DNA of 64,000 nt from Mobula hypostoma. Taxonomy: Eukaryota. Where the stretch lies: NCBI RefSeq assembly GCF_963921235.1, contig NC_086097.1, positions 102,612,001-102,676,000 of the forward strand, in the 5' to 3' direction. How positions within the stretch are numbered: position 1 is the stretch's first letter; each line of letters starts with the position of its first letter. Below the pieces are notes generated by a model. It was not told the DNA's origin. It saw only the letters and a list, made by a program, of their open reading frames with translations, and ran no database searches. This document shows positions 24,401 through 39,400 of this stretch, piece by piece. Both the position numbers and the translations under genes were made by a program.

Positions 24401-27400
24401 TTGTAAATGCTCTGTAGGTCAGGCAGCATCTCCAGAGAGAAACAATTAGCCCTTCGTTTGGTGAGCCTTAAACAGAACTGGGAGAAATGAGAAGTGAGAT
24501 GAGTGTGAAGTCAGAAAGAAAAGGGTGGAGCAGAAAGAACAAAAGTAAAGGTCAGGGTTCGTGCGGAGATCAGGTGATGTTTGTAGATTTTCAGCAGAGT
24601 GGCACCACATCCATGCTAAACTTTTTTGCTCAACAGCACTATTCCCATTTGCCAGTGTTAGGACCATATCCTTTTATGCCTTATTTAAATATCTGCTTAA
24701 TAATCTAAAACACAGTGATTTTACCACCTCTGGCAGTGTGCTCCAGTTATCAAACACACTACCTATTTAAATAAAAATCTCTAGAAATCCCCTTTAAAAT
24801 TCTTTCCTCCCACTTTACGTGAAATGTAAACCACTTTAGATGAAAGGTCTCAACCCAAAACATCATCTGTGTATTTTACCTCCACAGATGCTGCCTGACC
24901 ACTGAGTTCCTCCTGCTCTTGTTACTTCTATTGTAGTTTTATTTTGGTTTCAAATGTCCATCGTTAAGACTTGTGTGGTCATTACCATGAGAAACCTTTT
25001 AAATCCCCTGCACACTGCTCCCCTCTCCTATTATTGTTAAAGGGAGATTAGATTTTAAGGGCCTTGAAAGAATTTGAAGGAAAACAGATGTTTGTTATAC
25101 TTGACAGAACTTCATAATGCTCCAAAGTTGCTTATAGCCTCTTAAAAAATTTTAGTCAAGTAGGAATTAGAACGTTATTCTTGTGAGTGGTATCAGTTAT
25201 CTCATTAAAATTATTCCAGTCCAGATCTCCCTAATAACCATGAAGAGAATTATTAAGGATGAGGTCTTGGTATTTCAAGATTCAAGATTCAAAAAACTCT
25301 ATTGTCATTCTAACCATGCATCAGCTTTGCAGGGCAGAATGAGACAGCGTTCCTCAGGGAGGCACATGATAAAATAAGCTGTAGTCAGCATGGTTTCCTC
25401 AAGGGAAAATCTTGCCTGACAAATCTGTTGGAATTCTTTGAAGAAATAACAAGCAAGATAGACAAAGGAGAACCGGTTGGTGTTGTGTACCTGGATTTTC
25501 AGATGGCCTTTGACAAGGTGCACAACATGAGGCTGCTTAACAAGCTACGAGCCCATGGTATTACAGGAAAGTTTCTAGCATCGATAAAGCAGTGTCTGAT
25601 TGGCAGGAGGCAACTTGCAGTCGTGACTAGTGGTGTTACAAGTATGTGAACAGCAAGAGGATAAGACGTGAGGGAATAGGACCAATGAAGTGTGACAGTG
25701 GAAAAGTGTGTACGGAACTGGAGGAGGTAGTGGAGGAATTTACTGAATACTTTGCTTCAGTATTCACTATGGAAAAGGACCTTGGCGATTATGGGGATGA
25801 CTTGCAGTATGTTGGGACTAGGAGGCTGGTCACTCCTCATTGCACATACATGGATCCTCCATGGAGAGAGCTAGGAGCACCAAGTTTCTGGGAGTGCACA
25901 TAATGGATGATCTCACCTGGTACCTCAACGTCACCTCTTTGGTCAAGAAAGCACAACATTGTCCAATGCCTGAGGAGATTGAAGCGAGTAAGGCTCCCCT
26001 CCCACCTGATTTTCACAGGAGCACTGTCGAAAGTTCCTGACCAACTGCATCATTGTCATGTACTGGAATTGCAAGGCATCTGACCACAAGTCCCTGCAGA
26101 GGATTGCAAGAACTACTGAGAGGATCATCAGAGTCTTTCTTTCGCCCATTAGAGATATTTATCAGCAGCACTGTGTACGTAGGGCCTTTGGTATTGTCAA
26201 TGATCCCTCCCATCTATTCAATAATCTCTTTGACCCCCTACCATCAGGCAGGAGGTACTGTAGCATTAGGGCAAGAACCTTAAGAAGGGACACTGCTTCC
26301 TGCCCCAGGTTGTAACCCCCTGCCACCACTCAGGTCTCATCATGTATACATTGCTAGTAGCGTTATACTGTTTATTTTTTAACTTGTATATGCACTTTAT
26401 TATTTGTTAATTTATTTGTGGTAATATTACTTTGTGTTATGTGTGTGAGTTATATGTACTATGTTGTGCACCTTGGTCTGAAGGAATGTTATTTGGCGAT
26501 ATACATGTGTTTGGTTGGATGACAATGAACTGAACTTGATCGAAGTTGGACAACCAGGGTGGGTGGGATCCTTCATGATGTTACTGACCCTTTTCTGGCA
26601 CATTTCTTGATGGTGGGTGCCAATAATGCGTTGGGCAGTTTTGACTACCATTTGCAGAGCCTTCCTGGCTGCTACAGTGCAGTTTCTGGACCAAACAGTG
26701 ATGCAGCTTGTCCGGATGCTCAACACTAGAGTGACGTGAGTATGGATGTACAAAGTTCAGGTCTCTTCAGTCTCCTCAGAAAGTAGAGGCTTTGCTGAGC
26801 TTCTTATGTCAGATGTGTTCTGGAACCTTGAGAGGTTGTGTGTGATGTGCAGTCCCAGGAGTTTGAAACTGCTTGCATTCTACACTGCTATATCACCAAT
26901 GTAAAACAGGTAAAAGGGGGATATGAGTGGGATAGAAAGGGAAAGTAAAGTTGAGATCAAAATTACAGGAAATAGAGGTGACTTTAATGAGCTGGAAGCT
27001 TACTCCTTCTATTTATATTATTTCTTATGTCTACATGCAGGAACAAGTTCTACTTCGAGCTTATAAGGAGTGCCACCGTGTTTTGTCCCAGTGTTCTAAT
27101 GAGTGCGGTCAACGCAATGCAAGGAGGCAGTACAACACTCTGACTCTGTGTGGTCACTCCATCAGCTTGAAACGCTATTTGGTATCACGAGAGTCTGTCA
27201 GTATTCACCTTCCCTTATCCAGGCTCCTTGCAGGTTGGTTTAAGGAAATTGCCTCACAGGCTTGAATGCAGCAAGATTGAGTACTCTGGATACTACTATG
27301 ATATGGCAACAAGGTGAAGGGGACTATCCAGTTCCCAGTAACATGGACTAAAATACATTGTGCCTCTTTCAAATGGAGACCATTCACCAGAACCCTGATT

Positions 27401-30400
27401 AGTTGAGGCAGTCCACTATGTTGTTCTATACTGATTTTTACATGCCAGTAAATTGATGTTAATTATCCACAGAAGACTATGATGGCATTGATGTTTTCAA
27501 TTATTTACAATTTATTGAATGTAGTAACAAGGCAATTAATAGAAATATTGTTATTGTCCCAACCCTTGGGTGAAAAAATGCCTATATATTGAAATTGTGC
27601 CTTATTGGTTTTCTAATTATTTTCAACCTATGCAACCAATTTATGGTCACATCTCTGATTTGTTGTTCCCAGACCCTTTTTATTAAAAAAAAATGCCATA
27701 AAGGGAAGTGTAATTGGATAGTTTAGATGATAGGCTAATACAACTGTCTTGCAAGTGACAAAACAAATGCTCTACTTTTTTATTGGCATTAGAAATATTT
27801 TCTACTAATGGGCAGCTTCACATTAGATAAGAGATGGGAAGAGGGTCCTTTATAATGAACAAAGTACAGAACAGTCGACACCACCTTGACGTATTGAAAT
27901 TGCTATTTAGAGCTGATTCTTAGCAATACCTTCCCACTTGGCATTCCTCTTAATCTTAAAGTTTCTCAACAAATTTTAAAGGAGTATCCCAGTTGAGATT
28001 TTTTTTCTCCATTCTTTGCCTTTTCCCAAAATAGCTGTAACATACTACTATATCTTGACTGAGATTAGCCAACTCACGAGAGACAAAACTACACTAGGAA
28101 CCTTGTATGTGGCTTATATCATCTTTATGACCTATGCTTGTGATGGAAGACTAAACTCTTGATTTGAAAATTTAACTAAGTATTAGTTCTGGCACTTTGG
28201 GGTGCAGATCAGTTTTGGAAAGACTGATTTATTTTTTATTAATGTTTTAGCTATAGTGACTGTGAGTGTCTTTTTATTTGTGTTTTTGAGTGTTTAGGTG
28301 TAAATAATAGGTAGAAATGTAAATAATTTACATAAACATCTCAAATAATGTGGAGTACGTGGACTAATTACAATACAGTAATCTAATTTAAAAATTATTT
28401 ATGATACAAGCTGCTGGTTCTGGTGGGAGTGGTATTGATTAGTAATACTCAGAGTGTGGGCAATACTGGACAGACTGGCATTTATTGTTCATCCCTAAAC
28501 ATCCCCTCAACATTTGTTCATTCCCCAAATCAGACGTAGTGTGCTGTCTACAAAATGTGCTGAAATTACATGCTGAAACTTCATTGACAGTACCGCTGAA
28601 ACCAAGAACCTTTATCAATTAAAACAACATGAGCAGCAGCCGAGTGGGAAGAGCACGATATTGCCATGGTAGCATAGCCATTGGCACGACACTATGACAG
28701 CTCAGAGCATTCAAGTTCGGAGTTCAAACCTGGTATCTTCTGTAAGGAGTTTTTGCGTCCTCCCTCTGGAATGCGTGGGTATCCTCCCACAGTCCAAAGA
28801 ATACCGGGTAGTTAGTTAATTGGTCTTTGTAAATTGTCTCATGAATTAGGCTGGGGTTAAATTGCTGGGGACAAGGCTGGAAGGGCCTATTTTGCGCTGC
28901 ACTTCTAAGTAAATAAATAGAAAGCACCACGTGTAAGATTTTAGCCAAGCTGGGAAGATACCACATTTTCTTCATCACTGCTAGGTCTAAATCCAGAACT
29001 CCTACCCAGTAGCACTGCCATCACCGATAGGACTACGGCAGTTCATGAAGGTAAAACGCTACACACCTCCAATTAGAACATAAGAATGTTTCCCATTTGT
29101 GCAAGAGTAAGCCATTCAAAAGAGGTCAGTCTGGGTGTTTCCAAACAAGAAAACATTGGTTAACTGGGTGATCCATTTCCTGTTGAAGATCCGTTCTGTG
29201 GCATTCTAAATGGATGACCCTGAGCTATACAAAAGATTGAGTTATGACTCTAGTAAATCTATCAGGAATACCAAGAGATGATACCAGTTCAAAATCAAAT
29301 CCTAGACCAACCATAACTTGTAGCAAGGCTATATGAGCTATGAAGCTAAATTAAGCAGCATCACTGACAACAATGCATCACTTCCTGTGTCATCACCCTC
29401 CCTGACAACTTCCAGTGCCCCTGTACCCAGAGTCATCACATCATTCTTCCAGAGAGTGAACCACCAGCCAGTATCTGACCCTGTTGAAGTCCCAGCCATG
29501 TCCTTAGTTCCTGTGCAGATCAGCTGCTGATGATATCTGCAGACACTTTTAACCTCTCCTTGCTTCAGTCTGAAGTTCCCACCTGCTTTAAGAAGACCAC
29601 TGTCACCCTGCTACCAATGTAATATGCCATTAATGACTACCATTCTGTATCTCCGATGCCCACCATTATGAATTGCTTCAAGAGGTGGTCAAAGCACACT
29701 CCAGCCTCCCAAGCAACCTTGACCCACTGCAATTTGCCTACCACTGAAACAGGTACATAGTGAACACCACCTTACTGGCCCTAAATTCATAGAGGATCTA
29801 GATAATAAAGCCACTAAAGTCAAACTCTTATCTACAGCTCTACCTTCAGTACAAATTCACCTCCAAACTCCTTGACCTAGGATACGGCACCTCCTTTTGC
29901 AGCTAGATCCTTGACTTCCTGACCAACAGTGTACAATCAGTAAGGTTAGACAGCAGCACCTTTGTCATGATTATCCTCAACATTGATGCCCCACAAAGCT
30001 GTGTCCTTAGTGCCATTCTTTACTCCCTATGCAATCATCTCTGTTGTGCGAGTTTGCAGTTAACACCACTGTAACGGGCCAAATCTCAAATAAGTGTCTG
30101 AGCTCAAGAAGGAGATAGAGCTCAGTGCCATGACAACAACCTTTCCCGCAATATCGACAGAACAAAAGAGCTGGTTGTTGACTTTAGGAACTGGGGTGAT
30201 ACTATTTAGATCAATGGTACAGAGGTCAAGAACTTCAAGTTCTTAGGAGTAAACATCACCAATAGTCTGTCCTGTGTCCAGTCAAGTAGATACGGCGACC
30301 AAGAAAGTCTTGGCTTCCTCAGGAGGCTAAAACAGTTCAGCACGCCCCTATTGACCCTCACCAATTTTTATAATATGCAGGCTGGACCATGGTTTGTTTA

Positions 30401-33400
30401 GGCTCTGCCGGAGACTGCAAGAAATTGCAGGGAGTTGTGGCTGCAGCTCTGTACGTCATACAAACCAGCCTCCTTTCCATTGACTTACTATCGAAGAGGA
30501 TACTAAAAGCTTTTTCAAGTATATAAAGAGTAAAAGACAGGTGAGAGTAGATATAGGACCGATAGAAAATGATGCTGGAGAAATTGTAATGGGAGATGAG
30601 GAGATGGCAGAGGAAGTGAACAAGTATTTTGCATCAGTCTTCACTGCGGAAGACAGCAGTATACCGGACACTCAAGGGTGGCAGGGAAGAGAAGTGGGCA
30701 CAGTCACAATTACAACAGAGAAAGTACTCAGGAAGCTGAATAGGCTAAAGGTAGATAAATCTCCAGGACCAGATGGAATGCACCCTCGTGTTCTGAAGGA
30801 AGTAGCTGTGGAGATTGCGGAGGCATTAGCGATGATCTTTCAAAAGTCGATAGATTCTGGCATGGTTCCGGAGGACTGGAAGATTGCAAATGTCACTCCG
30901 CTTTTTAAGAAGGGGGCAAGGAAGCAAAAAGGAAATGATAGACCTGTTAGCTTGACATCGGTGGTTGGGAAGTTGTTGGAGTCGATTGTCAAGGATGAGG
31001 TTACAGAGTACCTGGAGGCATATGACAAGATAGGCAGAACTCAGCATGGATTCCTTAAAGGAAAATCCTGCCTGACAAACCTATTACAATTTTTTGAGGA
31101 AATTACCAGTAGGCTAGACAAGGGAGATGCAGTGGATGTTGTATATTTGGATTTTCAGAAGGCCTTTGACAAGGTGCCACACATGAGGCTACTTAACAAG
31201 ATAAGAGCCCATGGAATTACGGGAAAGTTACATACATGGATAGAGTGTTGGCTGATTGGCAGGAAACAGAGAGTGGGAATAAAGGGATCCTATTCTGGTT
31301 GGCTGCCGGTTACCAGTGGTGTTCCGCAGGGATCAGTGTTGGGGCTGCTTCTTTTTACATTGTACATCAACCATTTAGATTATGGAATAGATGGCTTTGT
31401 GGCTAAGCTTGCTGACGATACAAAGATAGGTGGAGGGGCTGGTAGTGCTGAGGAAACGGAGAGTCTGCAGAGGGATAGATTGGAAGAATGGGCAGAGAAG
31501 TGGCAAATGAAGTACAATGTTGGAAAGTGTATGGTTATGCACTTTGGCAGAAAAAATAAACGGGCAGACTATTATTTAAATGGGGAAAGAATTCAAAGTT
31601 CTGAGATGCAACGGGACTTGGGAGTCCTTGTACAGGATACCCTTAAAGTTAACCTCCAGGTTGAGTCAGTAGTGAAGAAGGCGAATGCAATGTTGGCATC
31701 CATTTCTAGAGGAATAGAGTATAGGAGCAGGGATGTGATGTTGAGGCTCTATAAGGTGCTGGTGAGACCTCACTTGGAGTACTGTGGGCAGTTTTGGTCT
31801 CCTTATTTAAGAAAGGATGTGCTGACGTTGGAGAGGGTACAGAGAAGATTCACTAGAATGATTCCGGGAATGAGAGGGTTAACATATGAGGAACGTTTGT
31901 CCGCCCTTGGACTGTATTCCTTGGAGTTTAGAAGAATGAGGGGAGACCTCATAGAAACATTTCGAATGTTAGAAGGCATAGACAGAGTGGATGTGGCAAA
32001 GTTGTTTCCCATGATGGGGGAGTCTAGTACGAGAGGGCATGACTTAAGGATTGAAGGGCACCCTTTCAGAACAGAAATGCGAAGAAATTTTTTTAGTCAG
32101 AGGGTGGTGAATCTATGGAATTTGTTGCCACGGGCAGCAGTGGAGGCCAAGTCATTGGGTGTATTTAAGGCAGAGATTGATAGGTATCTGAGTAGCCAGG
32201 GCATCAAAGGTTATGGTGAGAAGGCGGGGGAGTGGGACTAAATAGGAGAAAATGGATCAGCTCATGATAAAATGGTGGAGCAGACTCGATGGGCCGAATG
32301 GCCTACTTCTGCTCCTTTGTCTTATGGTCTTATGGACTTTTGTGTACACTTCTTGCTGCCTTTATAATGCAGTTAACGTAATCAAAGACCCATCCCATCT
32401 CGGGGATTCTCTCGGCTCTCCCCACCTCCCCCCACTCACCCACTATTGGGCAGAAGATGATAAAAGCCTGAAATCATGTATCACTAGGCTCAAGGGCAGC
32501 TTCTCTTCTGCTGTTATAAGACTATTGAACAGGCCCCTTGTATCGAGATGGACCATTGATCTCAATTTCCCTCAGAACACTATTTTCTTTGCTACCTATT
32601 AATTTCCTTGATATCCAGAAACCTGTTAGTTTTCAATTTTAATTTTAAACAAATCTGTGAATGACTCGGCCTTCGCAGTTACCGCAATAGAAAATCCCAA
32701 ATCCCACCCACTGGAAGAAGTTGTTATTCTTCATCTCAGTCCTAAATGGTTTTCCCCTAGTCTGAGGCACAGCCTCTTAGCTTCAGATTACCCGGCCAGA
32801 GAACACGCTTCATTGCATCCACCTAGTTGACAGTTTTGTATGTTTCAATCAGATCATTATGGATAGGAAATAAATGGTGGCTACCAAAATGGAATTTGTA
32901 TCTTGGTAGAGTAGCCACAGTGGTGGGTCTGGAGTTGCATACAAACCAGACAAAATAAGCATTGGTGAAGCAGAATTGTTTTGTACAATTTTACTGATGC
33001 TAGATTTTGATACTAGCTGCAAATAGTTTTGTGAATTTTAAACTCCCCACCAGCTATTGTAAGATTCAAACTTCTGTCTTAGGAGCCTAAATTGAGGAAT
33101 AGTTTTTAATCCCTCAACTATCAGGCTCTTGACCATAGAGGATAACTTCACTCAGCTTCACTTGCCTATCATTAAAATGTTACCACAATCAGTGGACTCA
33201 CTCCAAAGGGCTCTTCATCTCAGGTCTCGATAGCTATTGCTTATTTTTTATTATTAATTCTTTCTTCTTGATGTCTTTTGCACACAGGTCGAATGCCCAA
33301 GTTAGTGTGTTTTTAATTGACTTTGTTATGGTTATTATTATTCTATAGATTGTTGAGTATGCCCGCAAGAAAATGATAAATATGTACATTGATAATTAAA

Positions 33401-36400
33401 TTTACTTTGAACTTAGTTTAATTACTGAAGCACCTTACATCAGGAGCATGTTGAGTATTATGTAGTACTTGGGCAAATTAACATCTGCATTGAAACTGAC
33501 ATGATCTAATAGGGTGCAAAGCTGCTTTGTTCACAACTATTCGTCTACAGTTTCTTAAACATTGCTTTGTGTTTTAGGTTTGCATGTGCACCTAAGCAAG
33601 AGTGGAGCAATTAACAAGCTCGAGGAGCTTGTACCACCAGTAAGTAAACAGCAATATCCATCATCTATAATTCTGTCTTTTTTTTGATATTTCTGTCATT
33701 TTACTGTGGTATTTATGATAGACACTTGAGAAATTCAAAAATGTTTTGTAACTTCCGAATTTAGAGCACTGGCAGGGTTTGTCGTTTAAATGCAAACAAA
33801 AATACCTTCCCTACCTGATAATGAGAAAGGTTATTATGTAACATGGTAACACCCTACCCCTAATATATTTACTATCTCTTAGCAATTTTTGAGTTATGAA
33901 CTTGGATTTACTAAAATGTCAGAATAAATTGTATGAATGTAAACTTGTACAGCATTGATATTTATGTTAGCACTAGTGGGATAGTTGGTAGAATGTGTAA
34001 CCCTATACCTAATGTTCCTCACCATGAAGATTGCCCTCCCCTCCAACCCCTTATCCTAATATTCCTTATCCTGGCTTGGAGTCCCAGCCCACTCTATCCC
34101 TACCACTAATACTCATCCAAATGTCCTTGACACTGGACCTGACCCAGAAAGAACCCCCTCCCTTCTTGGTTGACAAACCCTTGCATATACAAAGTTGAAC
34201 AGATACCCACTCATTCTCTCCCCCCCCCCACCCAGAGAGTGCACACACTCGCTGTCTCTCTACCTTTCTGCTTGTTTTTCTGTCCCTCTGCCTCTCCGCC
34301 TATCCTTCCCTAAGCAGGAAACTCTGATAAAGGCAGCTGAAGTTGGACCAGGCTGATGAAAGTGTGGCCCAGATCAAAGTGGCAGAGGCCAGTTGGATGG
34401 AAACTTCAGTAAAGAAAACAAAAAATACAAGAGATAATTAAACCCACTGCCCAAAATCTGACACCTTAACTCACTTAGTGGAAGTTGTATCTTGAAGCAT
34501 GTTCTTGGTGATGATGACGATATAATGTACCAATTCTTGCAGTCGGAATTTCATGTAGAAAAACTGATGGATTACCCATTGCGTTGCTTAGTGCTGATGT
34601 CTCAAGTCACGGCTGAAATGTGGAGAAGAAATGGATTTTCCTTAGTAAATCAGGTATTGTCATGTTACTTATTACTTGTGTGACAAACAATTACTGAGCA
34701 TGTCAGATGGTAGATTCTACTTATAAGAAAAGAAAACAAGTAAGGACATTGTAAGGGATTGTGTGGTAGTGTAGTGGTTAGCACGCTATACAGTACCAGC
34801 AACCAGTGTTCAATTCCCACCACTATCAGTAAGGAATTTGTACATTCTCCCGGTGACTGCCAGACGCTCTAGTTTCCTCCCACAGTGTAGAGATGTACCA
34901 GTTGATAGGTTAATTGGTCATTGTAAATTGTGCTGTGATTAGGCTAGGATTAAATCAGGGATTGCTGGGTTGAGCACGGCTCGAAAGACCAATCCATGCT
35001 GTACCTCAATCAATAAACTTGGCCATGTGTGGATGTATCATCATTACATATTATTAATTATTCCACTACACTCTGTTTCAAATCTTGAGAGTATTTGTGA
35101 GGAATTTTCAGATGGAGTCAAATGGCTTGACTATCAGGAATAAGTGAGGCAGAGGTCACTTTGAAAGTGTGAAAACATTGAAATCTGAGAATGAAGAGAT
35201 TGAAGCCGTCTATGGTATTAAATTACAAAATGCAAATCAGATTCTTTTCAATTTTTATTTGGCCAGGTAAATTTCAGCAAATAATTGCTGTAAATCTTGT
35301 CCAGTTGCTTATGCTATTTTATAATTGAAATATACTTCAATCCTTGAAATAACTGGTAACAAAAAGGATTCAACTTTTATATCTTTGAGTCTGTCAGAGC
35401 TTCAGGAATTAATTCAAATTTTCATTTGCAAGACGTCACCAGTAGGAAGTATGGTGTTCGATGAGATTCATTTATGTAAACTGTAAATGAATATAACAAA
35501 ACTTTAAAGTAAAATAGGGGTTTACTAAACCTATACTACAGTGCAAAATTAATGTAGTAAAAATTATATCACTCGAAAGAGCTATAGTAATTTTCATCAG
35601 TTGGTTAAGTTATGATTATATTAAATTGCTGTTCCAATGTGTGTACTGATGTTCCTTTCCCTTCAAGGTGTATCACTACCGTAATGTAAAGTGGAGGGAA
35701 GAGATGTTTGACAAAGACATAATTATGTTACAGGTACAGTGGCCACTTGCAAGCTATACATATGAATATTCCTATTTATTCAATAAAGAAATTTACTGGT
35801 AGTTAGTCAAAAGAACCATGTTGTTGTGGTAATAGACCCCAGTTGATGTGCAAGATTGAGTATAAATATACGTGGGTGCAAGGTGCTAAAGAAAATCAGG
35901 AATTAAAGAAGACAGTAGATGTGACAGGATTGATTCAGGAGCTGGAGGGAGCCAAGATACTTGAGGGGTTAAGGGCAGAATCTATGAGAAAAAGCAATAA
36001 AACTGTAGATGCTGAAATATGATTTAAAAAAAAAGATCATGCTGGAAGTACTCAGTAGAATCAGGAACTCAGTAGAATGGGGAGAGAAGTGGAGTTTGAG
36101 CTGGTGATCTTTTACCAGACTAGGAAAGTGAGAAACAAATGTGTTTTAATTTGCAAAAGGAAGTTATGAATAGAGAATGGAGGCAAAATGTATTTGATAG
36201 AGTGAAGAGGAAGAAAATCTGACGTAACAAATGCTGTTGATGTCAGGTGAATGTTAATGATTACTGATCTGACTGGAGGTGAATGAGGGCAGAGGAAAAG
36301 AGTGGAAAGAAATAAACATGCTGGAATTCTGAGATACAAAACACCACTTTTCTTCGAATTCTAGAATAGAAGAGAATGCTGGAAATATTCAGCAGGACAG

Positions 36401-39400
36401 TTTGTATCTGTGTTGAATGATCTTCCTTATCAGTATCACATATTGACCTTGCATTACAAATAAGAGAAAATCTGCAGATGCTGGAAATCCAAGCAGCACA
36501 CACAAAATGCTGGAGGGAGTCAGCAGGCCAGGCAGCATCTATGGAAAAGAGTACAGTCAATGTTTGACAATACTGCCCCTATACCACCTCCCTCACAACC
36601 ATTCAAGGCCCCAACTAGTCCTTCTAGGTGAGGCAACACTTCACCTGTGAATCTTTTGGGGTCAACTACTGTATCTGGTGCTCCTGATGTGGTTTCCTAT
36701 ATAGTGGTGAGACCCAACATAGGTTGGGAGACTGGCTCACCAAGCACCTATGAAACATCCACTAGAAAAAGCAGGATTTCGAAGTGGCCAGCAATTTTTA
36801 ATTCTACTTCCCATTCCCATTTTGATACATCAATCCATAGCCCCCTCTACCGTCGCGATGAGGCCACACTCAGATTGGAGGAGCAATACCTTATATTCCG
36901 TCTGGGTAGCCTCCAACCTAATGGCATGAACATTGATTTCTTGAACTTCTGGTCATGCCCCCTCATTTCCTTCGCTATTCCCTATTCCCATTTCTCTCCC
37001 TCACCTTATCTCCTTACCTGCACATCACCTCCCTCTGAAGCTCCTCCCTCTTCTTTCTTCTATGATCTTCCCCCTTCTCCAGCTCAGTATCTCTTCCACC
37101 AATCAACTTCCCAACTCTTATTTCACCCCTCACCCCTACTTCGGTTTCACCTATCACCTTGTTGTTCCTCCTCTCCCCCCTACCTCCCCCACAACCTTCT
37201 AAGTATGACTCATCTTTTTCTCTTCGGTCCTAATGAAGATTTTCAGCCTGAAACGTCAGCTACACTCTTTTCCTTAGATGCTGCCTGGTCTGCTGAGTTC
37301 CTCCAGCATTTTGTGTGTGTGGCTTGTCTTTACATTAGCTGGCAACTTGTAAAACAGGAAAGATTGGTTGTTTATTATTGAATATGTAATCCTTGAGGTT
37401 AAACAGAAGATCAGATACTAATCATGAGTTTCCATTGGGCTTTGTTGGAGCAGTGTAGAAAGCTAGAGATGCAGGTCAGGGTGGAATGAAGAATTAACTT
37501 GACAGGCAACTGGAAGTGCTGCATCACCCTTGCAAACTGAATAAAGATAGTCTGCATTCGGTTTCTCCAGTTATTTGCATCAGAGATGTGCATTAAATTG
37601 AAAGAAGTGCCTATGTAAATTGCTGCTTTGCCAGAAATAATTGTTTGTGTCCTTTGATGGTTGGCAAGGCCAGAGTGTAAGTGCAGATGTAGTATCCCTA
37701 TGTTCGCATGGAAAGGTAATGGTTAGGGTTCAGAAACAATTAAAGTACTGTTTCACTGCTAGGCCACCAAATTTTCACCACCGGCTGCTAGGAAGGGTAT
37801 ATAGATCAGAGAAATTACTAAGAGGTCTACTAACTATAGAGTAGTGGTAATGTGGAACTTGGACCTACCTAGTATAGATTGGAATACTATGGTTAATTAT
37901 GCATCTTTCCTCTAAGTTGTGTTCAAAATCTACATTATAAAACTGCAAGTACAGTAGGTTACAAATTGGGATTGAGTTGGATTAATTTAAAAGCACATGT
38001 TTTCTTCATTGATTGGTGTTGCTGAGCTGATTAGCAGTTTTGCAAAGGGCTATTCATCACATGGATTTGCTGCTGTGAAATAGAATCTGATATAGCCTGA
38101 AGGTTTCCTTTTGAATTGTTGCGATTTCTGTTACTGCCTAAATTAAACCAGGAATTGTTCATCCGATTTCTTAAGAAATTGTATAGCTGGATGAATACAG
38201 ACAATGTAAATACTGGGTGTTGACTGCTGCAAGCCACTTTCGCTCTGCTTATCAACTGTGGTATCAATGATATCTGTTTTTATATTACAGATTGCTGCCT
38301 CTATTATGGATCCAAATCGGTTCCTAATATTTGTACTCAATAGATATGAGTTATTTGAAGTTTTTTCTAAGCCTGCATTTGCTCGAAATAAGGTAAGGTC
38401 TAAGTATCTGCAGATTGAATATAGCTTTGAATATGCCAAACAAATTAGGAGCAGGAGTAGGCAACTTGGACTCTCAATCCTGCTCCATTGTTTAATAAGA
38501 TCATGACTAATCTAAATGAGCTTATCTCTGCATTCCTACTGATGCCTGGTACCTCTTAACAGAAATGTATCAAACTCTGCCTTAAAAATGAAAACTCTAC
38601 TTCCACTGCTCTGACAAAGAAAGTTTGGAGGTTTCATGGCTCTTTGAGAGAATTATTTCACCAGATCTGTTTTAAGTAGTCAATCTTTGATTGGAAATAG
38701 TGACCCCTAGTTGTAGATTCTCCATTAAATAAAGCATCTCTTGCACATCACTTTGTCAAGACTCATCATGGTCATGTATGTTTCAATCAAATGAACTCCA
38801 ATAGACAAAAGCTTAGCCAGTTCAGCCTTGTAAGACAGCCCTGTCGTTCCAGGTGTTGTCCAGTAAACTATCTCTGAACTTCCATTTCCGTATGATATAA
38901 TGTGATGCTCACCAATGTCTATATACCTGGACAAACCAGCGAACACTGTGAGGGTCATGTTTTTTGACTTCTCCACCATCCACTCTGCTCTGCTGGAGGA
39001 GAAGCTGACAGCGATGCAGGTGGATGCTTTCCTGGTGTCATGGATTCTTGATTACCTGACTGGCAGACCACAGTACGTGTGCTTACAACACTGTGTGTCC
39101 GACAGAGTGATCAGTAGCACTGGGGACTCTCTTGGCTCTCTTGACTCTGCCATAGTTGGATGCATCAGCAAGGGAGATGAGGCTGAGTACAGGGCTATGG
39201 TAGGAAACTTTGTCACATGGTGTGAGCAGAATTATCTGCAGCTTAGTGTGAAAAAGACTAAAGAGCTGGTGGTAGACCTGAGGAGGGCTAAGGCACTGAT
39301 GACCCCTGTTTCCATCCGGGGGTCAATGTGGACATGGTGGAGGATTACAAATACCTGGGGATACAAATTGACAATAAACTAGACTGGTCAAAGAACACTG

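Noticed and set aside
30541..32241. 566-aa RT ORF as a domesticated or autonomous gene
   Set aside because: 5'-truncated CR1 lacking endonuclease and promoter, with altered motifs (LADD, YINHL, GNDRP); the open frame reflects young age.
34761..34825. tRNA gene suggested by A and B boxes (also at 4512, 28665 and 46941)
   Set aside because: No full cloverleaf, and each runs into a SINE body and tail.
36647..37381. 244-aa Pro/Ser-rich ORF as a novel protein
   Set aside because: Read-through of a frameshifted PLE GIY-YIG end into its pyrimidine-rich UTR.
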